DNA of 64,000 bases from Podarcis liolepis (taxonomy: Eukaryota): NCBI GenBank assembly GCA_965112155.1, contig OZ218113.1; one strand, 5' to 3'. Of the stretch, positions 63,437-64,000 are shown piece by piece. Below the pieces are notes generated by a model. It searched no databases. It was given only the letters and a program-made list of their open reading frames with translations, and was not told the DNA's origin. The position numbers and the translations under genes were made by a program. Within the stretch, counting starts at the first letter, position 1. The number at the start of each line of letters is the position of its first letter.

Positions 63437-64000
63437 ATCATAAATGCGGGGATTGAACCTGGGACCTTTGCAGGCAAATCGCAGGTTGGGCCACCGAGCT
63501 GCTGCCCTTCCTACTTCCTCAACAAGGATACAGAAAACGGGGGTAGGGACACCTCCCCCTGGTGCCGGGCAGCCTCTGCTTCCTGTTGTTGCCCGTCGAA
63601 AATGAAAGAGAAGAGAAAGGAGGAGAAGAGCTTTTAGCTTGCACCTCTACGCGCCTTTACCTGGGAGAAAACTCACTGAATTCAGCCAGGAAAGCACGCA
63701 TAGGTTCGGCTGCGCAGGCGCGAACACAAGCCACCCCCTTCCCTTTTAATTCCAGTAAATACTCTTGAGTAAATGCCGTGGCCTTGAGTCTGCTCCGGCG
63801 AGGCAACAGCGAGGAGCCTCGTGGAATCCGGCGGACACAGGCAGCAGCCCTGGTGCGTCCTTAGTGTAAGGAATGGCGCAGAAACTGGAGGAGCGGTGGG
63901 GAGACTCGCTTCTGAAAAGCCACGGCCTCCTGGCCCCATAGCTAACACGCACATCCATCCCAAAGGGGCTGCGTTGCCCAGGACTCGCGCTGCCTTCTGG

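Noticed and set aside
1-64000. Exons of the syntenic neighbours RHBG or MEF2D
   Set aside because: No Rh-family or MADS/MEF2 peptide is recognisable in the ORF track. Short exons below the cutoff cannot be fully excluded.

Overview
Vertebrate genomic DNA, almost certainly from a lacertid lizard: it carries Sauria SINEs with (ACCTTT)n tails, (CTT)n-tailed Squam3-type SINEs, Bov-B, CR1, L2 and L1 fragments, and many hAT, Tc1/mariner and Harbinger MITEs. I can support no host protein-coding exon; every long ORF is transposon-derived or spurious. The anchor feature is a mir-9 hairpin on the minus strand (58359-58447) whose flanks match the mir-9-1 paralogue. Around it, splice signals outline a minus-strand non-coding host gene. 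It has a CpG-island promoter with CRE and CCAAT (~61500), a first exon ending at 61163, an exon containing the hairpin (58532-58191) and a canonical REST/RE1 site (52798). Further downstream are an internal octamer-rich promoter-like region (~40400), a 44-nt exon (36122-36079) and a terminal exon (28035 to ~27730) with AATAAA. The most striking observation is that this predicted terminal exon opens with an extensively complementary miR-9-5p site (miRNA nt 2-21 paired: 17 Watson-Crick pairs, 3 G:U pairs, two 1-nt bulges). This suggests the host transcript may act as a decay trigger, sponge or cleavage target for its own microRNA. The exon model comes from sequence signals only and needs RNA evidence.
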